From Obrimoposthia wandeli (Eukaryota): a stretch of 64,000 bases of DNA. The first letter of the stretch is position 1; each line of letters begins with the position of its first letter. The stretch is taken from positions 1 through 64,000 of the forward strand of contig CDROCS010005781.1 in the NCBI GenBank assembly GCA_977020255.1. Reading direction: 5' to 3'. Shown in pieces: positions 50,175 through 61,842 of this stretch. The position numbers were made by a program, and so were the translations under genes. A model generated the notes under the pieces. That model was given only the letters and a program-made list of their open reading frames with translations, was not told where the DNA came from and searched no databases.

Positions 50175-51554
50175 GTGAGAGATGAGATTGTTTCAGCCCC
50201 AGTGGGTCGTGTTCTTTATAAACTGACATTACCTATGGTCATCGGCATTGTTGCCGTCTTTTTCTTTAACCTAGTTGATACATTCTTTATCGCCTTGCTA
50301 GGAACGCAGAGCTTGGCTGCTGTGAGTTTTACCATGCCGATAGCGATGATCGTGATGAACTTGGCGATTGGTTTGGGCATTGCATCATCGGCGTTGATCG
50401 CGCGTGCATCTGGATCCAGAGATCATTCCTTGGCGCAACATTATGTCGCCGCTACGTTATTACTTACCCTCGCTATTGCTGCTTTGATGTTGATCGCTGG
50501 GCTGGTTTTTAATGATGATTTATTTTTGTTGCTCGGAGCCGATGAAGAACTACTGCCTTTAATCTGGCAATACATGCAATTTTGGTGGCCTGGGGTTGTG
50601 GTGATGATGTTGATGATTGTCATCAATAGCTGCATGCGCGCGGTCGGTAATACCAAGTTACCCAGTATGATGATGCTAGGGTCGGCAGTGCTGAATGCGA
50701 TTCTCGACCCTATATTGATTTTTGGTTTCGGCCCTATCGAAGGGATGGGGATTGCGGGTGCTGCTCTTGCCAGTACTTTGTGCTGGCTCATTGTGGTTAT
50801 TGTGATGATGTATTCTTTGGCTAAAATTGATTTACTGCATTGGGGTAAGCTGACCTTTAAGGCCCTAGTCAGTATTTGGCAGCGCTTAATCTCCCTGGGT
50901 ATACCCGCGATTATTACCAATGTATTAGTGCCAGTGGCGAGTGGTTTTTTATTAGCGATGATCGCTCCGATGGGCGAGCAATCGGTCGCGGCTTTTGGCG
51001 TAGGCGCAAGAATCGAACCTTTTGCGATTGTCGTGATATTAGCGTTAACCTCGACCTTACCCGTTTTTGTTGGGCAAAATTTTGCCGCAGGTCAGCACGA
51101 TCGAATCTGGCAGGCGCTGTCTATCGCTGTACGTTTTATTTTAGTTTGGCAAATAGTTGTGTGGCTATTGCTATGGGCTATCGCCCCGTTTTTGGCGACG
51201 ATCTTTTCACAAGACCAAACTGTGATCGATAAAATTGTGAATTACTTAATGATTATGCCCATTGGTTATGCGGGCATGGGAATTGTACTGTGTGCGAATT
51301 CGGCCTTGAATGCATTGCAGAAAACCAGTGTTTCCATGTTACTAAACCTAGTTCGACTCAGCGCATTTTACGTACCGCTGGCATGGCTGGGTGGGCACTA
51401 TTATGGTTTTGAGGGATTATTATTAGGTGCGTCGATTGGGAACTTGATTGCAGGCTTTATTGTTTGGGGCTTAATCCGTAAAGCTCAAGCCAAAGAAGCC
51501 TTTGGCGTGAGAAACTATTCTACGAAACTTTCTTTAGAGCCATCACAAACCTAG
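50175..51554 (+). CDS. MATE family efflux transporter
   Basis: NLVDTFFIA.LG...LAAVSF, MRAVGNTK, LNAILDP.LIFG, GIAGAA.AS; about 12 TM segments. Confidence 0.92.
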   Translation: MRDEIVSAPVGRVLYKLTLPMVIGIVAVFFFNLVDTFFIALLGTQSLAAVSFTMPIAMIVMNLAIGLGIASSALIARASGSRDHSLAQHYVAATLLLTLAIAALMLIAGLVFNDDLFLLLGADEELLPLIWQYMQFWWPGVVVMMLMIVINSCMRAVGNTKLPSMMMLGSAVLNAILDPILIFGFGPIEGMGIAGAALASTLCWLIVVIVMMYSLAKIDLLHWGKLTFKALVSIWQRLISLGIPAIITNVLVPVASGFLLAMIAPMGEQSVAAFGVGARIEPFAIVVILALTSTLPVFVGQNFAAGQHDRIWQALSIAVRFILVWQIVVWLLLWAIAPFLATIFSQDQTVIDKIVNYLMIMPIGYAGMGIVLCANSALNALQKTSVSMLLNLVRLSAFYVPLAWLGGHYYGFEGLLLGASIGNLIAGFIVWGLIRKAQAKEAFGVRNYSTKLSLEPSQT

Positions 51555-51677
51555 AACTGAACTTTAGGATGAAAATATCCTAAAGTCTCTTTCTTCTTTA
51601 GACACCCACCTTAGTGAAAAAGTCTAAATCATGATCTAAAGTTAAATTAAGTCTTTTAATCTACTTTAGTGATCATT

Positions 51678-52630
51678 ATGCCTAAACCCCGAAAAACACT
51701 TATCTCTGTAGAGAGTACCTTTAGTTATCGGGCCGTGTTGCCTCGTTGTGTGCGTAGGGCGTTTCTGTGCAGTAATGATCTGAAGTTAGCTTGCAACAGT
51801 TGAGCAACGCAGAGCTTGGCTTCGAGGGATAGATGTTTTGAGCTCAAAGTCTTTGCCATAGACATCGCTGCCTATGCGGTTATGAGTAATCACTATCATG
51901 TGATTCTGCATATTAATACAGCTCGCGCTAAAGCTTGGGCTGATTATGAGGTTGTTGAGCGCTGGCATCAGCTGTTTAATGGTGAAGAACTGCAAGTTGG
52001 CGTTGAAATGTTGGTTTTTCGGCTAGTTGGGTTTGATGAGTGGCGTCTACAAGCTGCAAAAGATATCAGTTGGTTTATGCGCATTTTAAATGAAGCGATT
52101 GCTCGAGAAGCAAATGCAGAAGATGAATGTACGGGTAGATTCTGGGCGTTTAAACCTGCCACTTAGATGAAGCGACCAAGCCTGTATATTATGCTGACCT
52201 GAACTCAGCGCGCAGGTATGGCCAAAACTCCGGAAGAATCTGATCATACTTCGGTTAAAAAACGCTGTAAAAAGGCTGGGGAAAGTAAGAGAGTCATGAA
52301 TCAGTCAAAGTGCTGAAAACACCTTTCTGTCGGAAACCCAAAAAAAGATCAGCCTGAAGGTATTCAAATGAAATGAAAGCTTTATTGAGGAACTGCTTTA
52401 TACAGTCGAATTAAAGCAGAAATGATAAGCGAGGTGTTATCACCACAGGCACTGAAAATATTTTAGATCGATTGGGTATTGATGAGGATCAATGGTTGGA
52501 AATGACATCTAACTTTGAAGGCTGTTTTAGTTCATTTGTTGGTGGGGAAAGTAGTTTGCGGATGGCTTGTGCAAACCTTCATTACCAGCGACCACCGGGG
52601 CTAGCCAGTTGTAAATTGATGTTTCATTAA
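51678..52630 (+). pseudogene. REP-associated tyrosine transposase-like HUH endonuclease, frameshifted and internally deleted
   Basis: MPKPRKTLIS, RCVRRAFLC, FAIDIAAYAVMSNHYHVIL (HUH), DISWFMRILNE.IAR.AN.ED.CTGRFW, remnants of Y.DLN..RAG.A.TPE.SD.TS. Confidence 0.88.
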
Positions 52631-52812
52631 CTCAAGCGCCTAACACTTTACGTTAGCATCAGAATCAAAAATCGTTCTGAGGTTTCAGTGTGCCTCTATA
52701 TTTCCCTTGATGCTTGAATGCCTAATGTTTCTGTTAAATACCAACTTATTCTGAGAGTTTTTAAATAGAAATAGGTAATCAGAAGATTTTCACATTTGCA
52801 GAATAGAAATTC

Positions 52813-52863
52813 TTTAAGATGGCTGTCCAAATAAAAAGAATATTTAAGATGGCTGTCCAAATA
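52813..52863. repeat. 21-bp direct repeat, 2 copies, 30-bp period
   Basis: TTTAAGATGGCTGTCCAAATA at 52813-52833 and 52843-52863. Confidence 0.95.
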
Positions 52864-52910
52864 GAGGGAAGGGTTTTAGTAGAAAATATGGGTATACGAA
52901 GGGATTTGAT

Positions 52911-52935
52911 GCAGTGCGAGTTAGTTTCGCACTGC
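52911..52935 (-). terminator. Hairpin downstream of the second thiolase
   Basis: GCAGTGCGA-N7-TCGCACTGC; no clear U tract. Confidence 0.55.
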
Positions 52936-52956
52936 GTTTGCATTCGGAATACTTGT

Positions 52957-54132
52957 TTATCGTTCAATCGACAGCGCAACACCCATTCCACCACCGATGC
53001 AAAGTGTCGCTAGACCCTTGTGTGCATCTTGACGAATCATTTCATGCAGCAGTGTCACAAGAACACGACAACCGGAAGCACCAATAGGGTGGCCTAGTGC
53101 AATAGCACCACCGTTGACGTTTACCTTGTTAATGTCCCACTTCAGTTCTTTATTTACTGACAAAGCTTGTACTGCAAACGCTTCGTTTGCTTCAATTAAG
53201 TCAAGATCGTTAATATCCCAACCCGCTTTCGCTAAGCATTTTTTAACTGCAGGGATAGGGCCTGTTCCCATGATCGTTGGGTCAACTCCAGCACTGGCAT
53301 AACCAGAAATCGTCGCCAAAATAGGTAAGCCTAACTCTTCGGCTTTTTCACGGCTAGCGAGCATAACGGCTGCAGCACCATCGTTTAATGAAGAGGCGTT
53401 GCCCGCGGTGACGCTGCCGTCTTTTTTGAAGGCTGCGCGCATAGCCGAAAGTTTTTCGGCGGTAACAGCGCGAGGGCCTTCATCGGTATCAAATACGATG
53501 TCATCGCCACGGCGTTGAGGAATGGTTACGGCGGTGATTTCGTCTTTGAATTTTCCCGCTTCAATAGCTGCGACCGCTTTTGCTTGGGATTGCGCTGCGA
53601 ATTCATCCTGGTCACAACGAGGAATTGCAAACTGCTCAGCAATGTTCTCGGCGGTAATACCCATGTGGTAATCATTGAAGGCATCCCAAAGGCCATCAGT
53701 AATCATGGTATCGACCATGTTCCAGTTGCCCATGCGCTGACCATTACGCGAGTTAGGCAGGACGTGCGCCGAGTTGGACATTGACTCTTGGCCACCCGCG
53801 ATGATGATATCTGCGTCGCCCGCTTTAATCGCTTGTGCCGCTAAATGCAGGGCTTTAAGGCCGGAACCGCATACTTTGTTGATGGTCATCGCAGAAGCCG
53901 TTGCAGGAATGCCTGCTTTAATCGCCGCTTGGCGTGCTGGATTCTGTCCACAGCCCGCTGCAAGTACTTGGCCCATTAATACTTCATCAACCGCATCGGC
54001 AGAGATGCCGGTTTTTTCGATTAAAGAACGAATAACAATCGCGCCCAATTCTGTGGCCGGTAAGCTTGCCAGCGAGCCGCCAAACGTACCTATAGCAGTA
54101 CGAGTTGCAGCAACAATAACGACATCTGTCAT
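52957..54132 (-). CDS. Acetyl-CoA acetyltransferase (AtoB/PhaA-type thiolase)
   Basis: [41 protein letters not shown]; SD GGAG before MTDVV. Confidence 0.95.
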   Translation of the reverse strand: MTDVVIVAATRTAIGTFGGSLASLPATELGAIVIRSLIEKTGISADAVDEVLMGQVLAAGCGQNPARQAAIKAGIPATASAMTINKVCGSGLKALHLAAQAIKAGDADIIIAGGQESMSNSAHVLPNSRNGQRMGNWNMVDTMITDGLWDAFNDYHMGITAENIAEQFAIPRCDQDEFAAQSQAKAVAAIEAGKFKDEITAVTIPQRRGDDIVFDTDEGPRAVTAEKLSAMRAAFKKDGSVTAGNASSLNDGAAAVMLASREKAEELGLPILATISGYASAGVDPTIMGTGPIPAVKKCLAKAGWDINDLDLIEANEAFAVQALSVNKELKWDINKVNVNGGAIALGHPIGASGCRVLVTLLHEMIRQDAHKGLATLCIGGGMGVALSIER

Positions 54133-54266
54133 AAGGTTCTCCAAATATTGATAATATAAATCATGATAAAGAATTACTAATATGGCGCATTATACCCTTT
54201 GAGGCTGATTCTTGCTCATTAGGTTTAGTGCCCACTATTTCTTGTATCTTCAATACCATTACCCGC

Positions 54267-55298
54267 TTAGCGTGACATCACCATCGCGACAGTTTCATGA
54301 CTGGGCTGAAGAATTAATCCTTTTTCTGTAGCAATCACATCAATTAATGCGGCGGGGGTAATATCAAATGCAGGGTTAATTGCTTCACAGCCTTCAGGCG
54401 CAATTGCCTGGCCTTTATGATGAGTCACTTCAGAAGAACAGCGTTGTTCTATTTCAATGTCATCCCCCGAAGCGGTCTGCATATCGATGGTGCTGGTGGG
54501 TGCGGCAATCATTACCTTAATACCATGATGCTTGGCTAATAAAGCAAGCCCATAAGTGCCGATTTTATTTGCGACATCACCATTTGCGGCAATACGATCA
54601 GCACCGACGATAAGCCAGTTAACGTTTCCTTGACGAAACAATTGAGCGGCAGCACCTTCGGCGCAGAGTTTAACCGGAATATTTTCTTGCATTAACTCCC
54701 AAGCGGTTAAGCGCGCTCCTTGCAGCCAAGGGCGGGTTTCTCCAGCATAAACTTGAGTTAACTTGTTATCGCGATGGGCCGCGCGGATAACGCCTAAGGC
54801 GGTGCCGTAGCCTCCTGTCGCTAACGCTCCTGCATTGCAGTGAGTATAAATTTGGCTATTGTCAGCGATAAGTCCCGCACCGAGCTGTCCGAGTCTTAAA
54901 TTGGCTGCTATATCTTCTGCGTGAATTGCTTTGGCTTCGGCTAATAATGTACTGAAGGTTTGTGGCTGTACGTTACGCATGCGCTCTAAAGCCCAGAATA
55001 AGTTCACTGCAGTCGGGCGTGATTGTGCTAGCTGCTGATAAGCGTTATCTAGGTTTTCATTATTGCGTGCGGCAATCGCAATACCGTAGGCGGCGGTGAT
55101 GCCTATGGCCGGCGCTCCCCGTACCACCATGTCGGTAATGGCGGCTGCGGTTTCAGCTGCGTTTGATAGTGTGAGGTATTTTATTTGATGGGGAAGAATG
55201 CGTTGATCTAATAATTGTAATTCATTATCCAGCCAGCGAATCGCTGGGGCTGTTTTGCCCAGCTTGGCATGGTCAAAAGTATCGACATCATTCAACAT
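54267..55298 (-). CDS. mtnA: S-methyl-5-thioribose-1-phosphate isomerase
   Basis: [55 protein letters not shown]. Confidence 0.95.
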   Translation of the reverse strand: MLNDVDTFDHAKLGKTAPAIRWLDNELQLLDQRILPHQIKYLTLSNAAETAAAITDMVVRGAPAIGITAAYGIAIAARNNENLDNAYQQLAQSRPTAVNLFWALERMRNVQPQTFSTLLAEAKAIHAEDIAANLRLGQLGAGLIADNSQIYTHCNAGALATGGYGTALGVIRAAHRDNKLTQVYAGETRPWLQGARLTAWELMQENIPVKLCAEGAAAQLFRQGNVNWLIVGADRIAANGDVANKIGTYGLALLAKHHGIKVMIAAPTSTIDMQTASGDDIEIEQRCSSEVTHHKGQAIAPEGCEAINPAFDITPAALIDVIATEKGLILQPSHETVAMVMSR

Positions 55299-55391
55299 TA
55301 TTGCGCCCTAATTATTTATCAATAATCATGTTATTTAGGGCGCTAGTGTAGCGGGATTTCATGACGGAACGAATAGTGTTCTGAAGTTTAT

Positions 55392-57008
55392 TTAAACCTT
55401 AAACTCGTTAACGATTTTACTGAGGTTTTTAGCCTGCTCAGCAAGATCTGAAGACGCTTGAGAAGTCTTAGCGGCTTCATCGACGGTATCTTCAGAGACT
55501 TCGTTAATCTTCACAATATTCGCGCTCACTTCTTCCGACACCGCACTTTGCTCAACCGCCGCGCTGGCGACTTGGCTATTCATATTACTGATGGTATCGA
55601 CATTGGTCATGATGTGGGTGAGAGAGTTTTCAGTCGCTTGAGATTGGTCCACAACTTTGACGGCTTTTTCGCGGCTACTTTCCATTGCGTTAACAGCTTG
55701 TTCCGTTCCTGCTTGCAGGCGCTCAATGATTGACTGAATTTCTGTGGTTGACTCTTCTGTCCGTGCGGCTAACGATCGAACTTCGTCAGCAACAACCGCA
55801 AATCCTCTACCTTGCTCGCCGGCTCTGGCCGCTTCAATTGCAGCGTTTAAGGCCAGTAGATTAGTTTGTTCAGCAATGCCTTGAATTACCTGTGAGGCAT
55901 TACCAATTAAGGCACTCTCTTTGGCTAAGTTTTTAATCACTTCTCGGGCATGTTCAACATCTGCAACCAAAGCGGAAATAGAAGAGATATTTTCTGCCAT
56001 GATTTTTTGTGACTGGTGGGTGCCTTCTTGAGCTTGTCTTGTGGCGTTTGCTGCTTCTTCTGCGTTACGAGAAACCTCTTGTGCGGTGGCGGCCATTTCA
56101 TTGACTGCGGTTGCTACTAAATTAATTTCATCCTGTTGATTATGGATGCCTATTTGAGTTCTGCCTGCAATTGTTTTTACTTCATCTGCACCATCTGAAA
56201 CCCCTTTACTGAGGTTTGCCATAACTTTTATCAACAGCTGTAGGTGGGTAATAAAGCCATTAAAATTATTGACCAAATCTCCAACTTCATCTTCAGCGCG
56301 AGTTTGCAGGCGGATAGTGAGGTCTCCTTTGCCGGTAGACATGTCAGCGAGAGAATTAACAATTCGGTTAATGGTTTTGGTAATAATGTTAGCAATTGAC
56401 CACGCTGAAAATGTGAGAACAACGATAACGACGAGGGCAATAATAATACCCATGATGCTCGTATGTTTATTTTGTTCATTAGTTGTTTTTATGGACTGTG
56501 CAAAAGTGTTGTAGCTTTGATCGCGAAACTTAGATAACTCATCACTAAAGCTGTCATACGATTGGTTGACCTTTTGAGCCTGGCTAGCCAGTTGTGTGAA
56601 ATCGATAGAGCCATCGAGCATGCCGCGAGCAAGTTCGATGGAAGGTTGCTTGTAGGCACGATACGCTTTTTGTAGTTGTAACGCATCTTGATTTTTTTCA
56701 TTTAAACTAATGATTTCAATTAATAGCGCATCGAGCTTTTGTGCCGATGTTTCAGCTTCAGTGACTAGATCGATATCTTCTTCGCTTAAGGCCGTGCCTA
56801 ATTGATTACGCAGTTTAAATAATAAACTACCGCTGCGATCAACTCGTTCAATCGTAGGGAATATGATTTGCTCAATTCTATCTAGCTTAGCTTCGGTTGC
56901 TTGCTGGGCCTGAATTGAGAAAAATAAGTAAATAGAGAGTCCCAAAATCCCGATGAAGGCAATAGCCATGATTTTGTATTTGATGGACAGTCGGAGAAGA
57001 AACTTCAT
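55392..57008 (-). CDS. Methyl-accepting chemotaxis protein
   Basis: Two TM segments, HAMP (GDLT.RL), signalling domain [34 protein letters not shown]. Confidence 0.95.
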   Translation of the reverse strand: MKFLLRLSIKYKIMAIAFIGILGLSIYLFFSIQAQQATEAKLDRIEQIIFPTIERVDRSGSLLFKLRNQLGTALSEEDIDLVTEAETSAQKLDALLIEIISLNEKNQDALQLQKAYRAYKQPSIELARGMLDGSIDFTQLASQAQKVNQSYDSFSDELSKFRDQSYNTFAQSIKTTNEQNKHTSIMGIIIALVVIVVLTFSAWSIANIITKTINRIVNSLADMSTGKGDLTIRLQTRAEDEVGDLVNNFNGFITHLQLLIKVMANLSKGVSDGADEVKTIAGRTQIGIHNQQDEINLVATAVNEMAATAQEVSRNAEEAANATRQAQEGTHQSQKIMAENISSISALVADVEHAREVIKNLAKESALIGNASQVIQGIAEQTNLLALNAAIEAARAGEQGRGFAVVADEVRSLAARTEESTTEIQSIIERLQAGTEQAVNAMESSREKAVKVVDQSQATENSLTHIMTNVDTISNMNSQVASAAVEQSAVSEEVSANIVKINEVSEDTVDEAAKTSQASSDLAEQAKNLSKIVNEFKV

Positions 57009-57170
57009 TGCTATTCCTTGCTAAAAATAAGGGTATACGTTCATGTAAGCTTATTAATAAATAGTTCAAGAGTCGCAATACAACAAGGATATGGAGGGAG
57101 AAATGTAAAAAACTATAACAACGGGGTTATCTAAAAATAATAGTTCTAGGAAATTGATAAAAAAGCATGA

Positions 57171-57199
57171 ACTTGGCTCATTTTTACCATGAGCCAAGT
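57171..57199 (-). terminator. Hairpin downstream of pgi
   Basis: ACTTGGCTCAT-N7-ATGAGCCAAGT, a perfect 11-bp stem. Confidence 0.55.
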
Positions 57200-57229
57200 G
57201 TCATTTAACGACGCGTAAATTGCAGGATA

Positions 57230-58882
57230 TTATAATAAATCCTGCATCTTTTTATAGGCCTGTACTAAGCCGCTCGTCGAGCTATCGAAGGCTGAGCTAC
57301 TGGCGCGTCCTTCCAGTGCGGCTAATACGTTATTGCCCATGTCTTTCCCGAGTTCAACGCCCCATTGGTCAAATGAGTTCACGCCCCAAATCATGCCCTG
57401 AGCCGCCACCTTATGTTCGTAGAGTGCAATTAAGGCACCGACGGAGTGAGGTGTTGATTTTGGAAAATAGAGGGTATTGCTAGGACGATTTCCTGGAATA
57501 ACTTTTTGCGCCGCGAGTGCTATTGCTTCAACTTCGCTCATGCCAGCGGCTAAGCATTCATCGATCGCTTGCTGTTCTGTTTTACCCGTCAACAAAGCTT
57601 GGCTTTGTGATAGCGCATTAGATACGAGCATGGCGTGGAAGTTATCAATAGGGTTATGACTACGCATCGGCATAATGAAATCACTGGGTGAAAAGTGAGT
57701 CCCTTGATGCAATAGCTGATGGTAAGCATGCTGACCGTTAGAGCCAACGCCACCCCAGATAATAGGGCCGGTATGATAATCGACTTTGCGCCCATCAATA
57801 CCGATGGATTTGCCGTTACTTTCCATATCCAGCTGCTGCAAGTGAGCAGGTAAACCGCGTAAATAATGATCGTAGGGCAAAATGGCTTGGGAGTTAATAC
57901 CAAAGAAATTTACATACCAAACACCCAATAATGCCATGATCACGGGCATGTTTTTTTCCATGGGTGCCGTGCGAAAGTGTTCATCCATTTCGTGAGCGCC
58001 GCGCAGCATGTCACGAAAGTTGTCGATCCCTATCGCTAGGGCTAATGGCAAGCCAATGGCTGACCACAGTGAATAACGACCACCGACCCAGTCCCACATT
58101 GGGAAGATGTTTTCTTTGGCGATACCAAATTCAACGGCTTTTTCTACGTTGGCAGAAACCGCGGCAAAGTGCTTTGGTAAATCATCGACTTCACCGCCGT
58201 TGTCGAGAAACCATTGGCGACAAGCCAGCGCATTTTTCAGCGTTTCTTGCGTACCAAAAGATTTTGACTGCACAATGAATAACGTACTTTCAGGGCTTAG
58301 GTGTTTCAAAATTTCGGTAATGTGCGAGCCATCGATATTGGCTAGGTAGTGCACATTAATTTGATTGTCGTTATAAGGCTTCAGCGCGCTTGAAGCGAGC
58401 TTAGGTCCTAAGAATGAGCCACCAATACCGATAGAAACAACATCGGTAAAAGGTTTATTAGAATAGCCACGCCAGTGTTTACGACGTACTTTCCAACAGA
58501 ACTCTTCCATGCGATTCATGGTATCGCGCACTTCTGGCATCACATCGATACCATCGACCATCACGGGACGATCACTGAAGTTTCGAAGGGCGGTATGCAA
58601 GGCAGGGCGTTGTTCGCTGCGGTTAACCAGTTCGCCGTCAAATAAAGCTTTGATTTTAGCCGGGAGGTCGCGCTTCTTTGCTAACTCAGTCAGCAGTGCC
58701 ATGGTTTCGGTGGTGATGCGATTTTTAGAATAATCTAACGTCAGGCCAGCGGCTTCGATATTAAAGCGATCAAAGCGTTGGTTATCTTGTTTAAACCAAT
58801 CCAGCATGTGTTGCTGGTGGATATCGGTAAAGTGATGTTGTAATTGTTGCCAGATGTCGAGACGTTGTAGCGGTGTGCTCAT
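57230..58882 (-). CDS. pgi: Glucose-6-phosphate isomerase
   Basis: GIGGSFLG, DWVGGRYSLWSAIG, LQQLDMESNGK, FDQWGVELGK. Confidence 0.98.
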   Translation of the reverse strand: MSTPLQRLDIWQQLQHHFTDIHQQHMLDWFKQDNQRFDRFNIEAAGLTLDYSKNRITTETMALLTELAKKRDLPAKIKALFDGELVNRSEQRPALHTALRNFSDRPVMVDGIDVMPEVRDTMNRMEEFCWKVRRKHWRGYSNKPFTDVVSIGIGGSFLGPKLASSALKPYNDNQINVHYLANIDGSHITEILKHLSPESTLFIVQSKSFGTQETLKNALACRQWFLDNGGEVDDLPKHFAAVSANVEKAVEFGIAKENIFPMWDWVGGRYSLWSAIGLPLALAIGIDNFRDMLRGAHEMDEHFRTAPMEKNMPVIMALLGVWYVNFFGINSQAILPYDHYLRGLPAHLQQLDMESNGKSIGIDGRKVDYHTGPIIWGGVGSNGQHAYHQLLHQGTHFSPSDFIMPMRSHNPIDNFHAMLVSNALSQSQALLTGKTEQQAIDECLAAGMSEVEAIALAAQKVIPGNRPSNTLYFPKSTPHSVGALIALYEHKVAAQGMIWGVNSFDQWGVELGKDMGNNVLAALEGRASSSAFDSSTSGLVQAYKKMQDLL

Positions 58883-59002
58883 AAATATCCTTTATATGAG
58901 TCAAATATCATTATTAGCAGCAGTATAAGCTTTTGTGCTTTGTTGGGACAGGGTGCAAAGTATGCAATTGACTATCGACTGACTAACTAAAAGTGTAGAA
59001 AC

Positions 59003-59030
59003 AAAAACGCCACAGCAAGTGTGGCGGTTT
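59003..59030 (-). terminator. Terminator after panD
   Basis: CGCCAC...GTGGCG stem with a T run on the minus strand. Confidence 0.55.
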
Positions 59031-59064
59031 GATCGTTAAATTGCTCGCATCGAATTAGAATCGA

Positions 59065-59445
59065 TTAAGCAACCTGAACGGGAATATCGAAGCTAGTATG
59101 GCTAACGGTATTATCGGCGTTGGTATAAACCATTTTAGGTTTAAAGTTAGCCAATTCTTTTTCGTCGTAAGTGCTGTAAGCACAGATGATCAAGCGATCG
59201 CCTACTTGAGCTAGACGTGCTGCGGCACCATTGACAGAAATAATACCTGAATTATCTTCACCACGGATAACATAAGTGGTGAAACGAGCACCATTTTCCA
59301 TGTTGTAGATTTGAATTTGTTCAAATTCGCGCATGCCTGCCAACTCTAACAACTTACCGTCGATAGCGCAGGAGCCTTCATAATTCAATACGGCCGATGT
59401 GACTCGAGCCTGATGTATCTTGGCTTTCAGCATAGTGGACTGCAT
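59065..59445 (-). CDS. panD: Aspartate 1-decarboxylase
   Basis: [15 protein letters not shown] (G/S cleavage site), RFTTY, NGAAAR. Confidence 0.97.
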   Translation of the reverse strand: MQSTMLKAKIHQARVTSAVLNYEGSCAIDGKLLELAGMREFEQIQIYNMENGARFTTYVIRGEDNSGIISVNGAAARLAQVGDRLIICAYSTYDEKELANFKPKMVYTNADNTVSHTSFDIPVQVA

Positions 59446-59552
59446 AGAAAAAACCTTTAATTCGGTAACGTCTCAATGACTCAGCAGACTAGTGTAGTCT
59501 CTGTTCTCATTGGTTAATTTATAGCCTCATTGTAGGCGGTGCGCAGTATGCC

Positions 59553-60419
59553 CTAATCGGTAGTACGATTCAACGAAAATGGCAAATTATCAATAAGGCG
59601 CGCACTGCCTAAAAAGGCTGCAATAAGTACTACAAGCTTGTCATCTTCAGCCGTGGCGGGCTTTAAATCGGATTCGCGACACAACGCTAAATAGTCAACT
59701 TTGAAACCTTGCTGGTTTAACCTTTGCTGAGTTTCATCCAATGTTGTTGCAAAATCATTACCCTGCTGAATAGCGGTAGCCACATCTTGCAAGGCCTTAA
59801 AGATAGCAGGTGCTAATGCTAATTCATTGGCCGACAAGTAGCCATTGCGTGAACTTAAGGCCAAGCCTTCAGCATTTCGCTCTGTTGCGACACCCACCAC
59901 TTCCACAGGAATGCATAGGTCGGCCACCATCTTACGAATCACGGCTAGCTGCTGAAAGTCTTTTTCACCAAAGAAAGCTTTATCCGCTTGCACCATATTG
60001 AACAGCTTAGTCACTACCGTTGCGACACCATTGAAGTGTCCTGGGCGAGCACCGCCACACAATCCCATAGAAACATCAGGCACTGAGACGATTGACTGGC
60101 TTTCTTGGCCGTTAGGGTACATTTCATCAACAGTCGGGGCGAAGAGCAGGTTACAGCCATTGTCTGCTAACAAGGCCTGATCTTGTTCTAATGTACGTGG
60201 GTAGTTGGTTAAATCACTTGGGTCGTTAAACTGCAAAGGATTAACAAAAATACTCGCAATAACAACATCACACTGTTTATTGGCGTTCTTAATCAGGCGC
60301 ATATGGCCTGCATGCAAGTTTCCCATTGTGGGTACAAAACCAATACTTAAGCCTTTAAATCTTGCTTGGTGTACATATTCACGTAACCCAGCGACGGTAG
60401 AAACCGTTAATAAACTCAT
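59553..60419 (-). CDS. panC: Pantoate-beta-alanine ligase
   Basis: VPTMGNLHAGH, SIFVNPLQF, RPGHF.GV.TVV, FGEKDFQQ, SSRN, RLIDN. Confidence 0.97.
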   Translation of the reverse strand: MSLLTVSTVAGLREYVHQARFKGLSIGFVPTMGNLHAGHMRLIKNANKQCDVVIASIFVNPLQFNDPSDLTNYPRTLEQDQALLADNGCNLLFAPTVDEMYPNGQESQSIVSVPDVSMGLCGGARPGHFNGVATVVTKLFNMVQADKAFFGEKDFQQLAVIRKMVADLCIPVEVVGVATERNAEGLALSSRNGYLSANELALAPAIFKALQDVATAIQQGNDFATTLDETQQRLNQQGFKVDYLALCRESDLKPATAEDDKLVVLIAAFLGSARLIDNLPFSLNRTTD

Positions 60420-60479
60420 GCAAAAACCTATTTAAAATACGACTTCGTTTTCAATGCAAGCGACCAAAAAACGGAGCGC

Positions 60480-61274
60480 TTAAGAAAACGCGTGTTCGAC
60501 GCTTGGGAATATGCCCGCTTTCACTTCTTCGCCATACGCTGCAATGGCTTGCTGAGGTGTGCGGCCATCAACCATAAAGTTCTTAACAAATTTAGGGATA
60601 TGGCCAGCGTTAAGCCCTAGCATGTCATAGACGACTAAGACTTGCGCATCGGTATCGCTACCCGCGCCAATGCCAATAACAGGAACGTCTACCGCTTCTG
60701 TGATGGCTTTGCCTAAGCTGCTAGGAACACACTCTAATAAGATACAATCTGCGCCTGCGGTGACGAGGGCTTTAGAATGCTCAATCATCGCTTGAGCTGT
60801 CGCTTCGTCACGCCCTTGAACACGATATCCGCCGAGTTTATTCACGGACTGTGGGGTTAAGCCTAAATGAGCGCAAACCGGAACACCTTGGCGCGCTAAA
60901 CACTCAACCAAAGGCACCAACCAATCATCACCTTCAACCTTCACCATATTGGCGCCCGCTTGCATTAATAGGGCTGCGTTAGCTTGGCCTTGCTCTAATG
61001 TGCTGTAACTCATAAATGGCATGTCAGCCATAATAAGAGAGCCTTGGTTACCTTGTGCGACACAGCGGGTATGGTATTCCATGTCCGTCATGGTGACGGG
61101 CAGGGTGCTGTCTTTACCTTGGCAAACCATACCTAGAGAATCGCCGACCAATAATACTTCAATGCCCGCAGAGCTTGCGAGGTGACTAAAGGTTGCGTCG
61201 TATGCGGTCAATACGCTGAATTTCTCGCCCTTGTTTTTGCATTCACTAAGGGTACGGATACTGACATTATTCAT
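60480..61274 (-). CDS. panB: 3-methyl-2-oxobutanoate hydroxymethyltransferase
   Basis: [30 protein letters not shown]; start taken at MNNVSIR. Confidence 0.97.
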   Translation of the reverse strand: MNNVSIRTLSECKNKGEKFSVLTAYDATFSHLASSAGIEVLLVGDSLGMVCQGKDSTLPVTMTDMEYHTRCVAQGNQGSLIMADMPFMSYSTLEQGQANAALLMQAGANMVKVEGDDWLVPLVECLARQGVPVCAHLGLTPQSVNKLGGYRVQGRDEATAQAMIEHSKALVTAGADCILLECVPSSLGKAITEAVDVPVIGIGAGSDTDAQVLVVYDMLGLNAGHIPKFVKNFMVDGRTPQQAIAAYGEEVKAGIFPSVEHAFS

Positions 61275-61337
61275 GCTGTGCCTCAGGTATTCTAATGATA
61301 TTAACAATTCATAAAGGGTGCTAACTTGCCGCCAAGA

Positions 61338-61817
61338 CTAATCGCGGATGCGGATTAAATCATTATCCAGCCCAGTGAGCAATTGCTCTAAAGCCATGCC
61401 ATCAGGAAAGATAAGTTCAGGGTTGATTTCAGACAAGGGAATTAAAACAAAGCTTCGGTGCTGCGCATGGGGATGCGGTACTTGTAAACGCTCATTATTA
61501 ATGATTTTATTATCGATTAATATGATGTCCAAATCCAGTGTGCGTTCACCCCAGTGGCGTTTACGGATACGGCCGTGATTTTGCTCTAGCTGCTGCAATG
61601 CATTCAGTAACTCTAGAGGTGCTAATTGAGTTTCTAGCAATGCAACGGCATTGACATAATCTGGCTGATCTTGCGGGCCGACAGGCTTACTATGATAAAG
61701 CGACGAATGTGAAACGAGGGTGGTGCTGGGCAACCGAGCAAGCTCAATTAAGGCCTGCTCTAATTGCTGCTGGGGCTGATCAAGATTCGCCCCTAAACCG
61801 ATATAAACCAATGCCAT
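61338..61817 (-). CDS. folK: 2-amino-4-hydroxy-6-hydroxymethyldihydropteridine pyrophosphokinase
   Basis: YIGLGANL, QPDYVNAV, HWGERTLDLDI, VPHP...R.FVL.PL. Confidence 0.97.
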   Translation of the reverse strand: MALVYIGLGANLDQPQQQLEQALIELARLPSTTLVSHSSLYHSKPVGPQDQPDYVNAVALLETQLAPLELLNALQQLEQNHGRIRKRHWGERTLDLDIILIDNKIINNERLQVPHPHAQHRSFVLIPLSEINPELIFPDGMALEQLLTGLDNDLIRIRD

Positions 61818-61842
61818 TAATTAGCCTGCTAAAACTCTTGTT

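Larger units (their letters stand above)
51596..52863 (+). mobile_element. Decayed RAYT-like (Y1 HUH) transposase element bounded by short imperfect inverted motifs
   Basis: The left motif CTTTAGACACCCACCT (51596-51611) is inverse to AGATGGCTGTCCAAAT, which occurs twice at the right end (52817-52832, 52847-52862). Confidence 0.55.

Noticed and set aside
52813-52863. Direct repeat considered as a mini CRISPR array
   Set aside because: Only two copies, a 9-nt spacer, and no cas genes; better explained as a duplicated element end.
52779-53013. Short ORFs 52779-52994 (-) and 52819-53013 (+)
   Set aside because: Built on the 21-bp repeat and the terminator; no recognisable motif or RBS.
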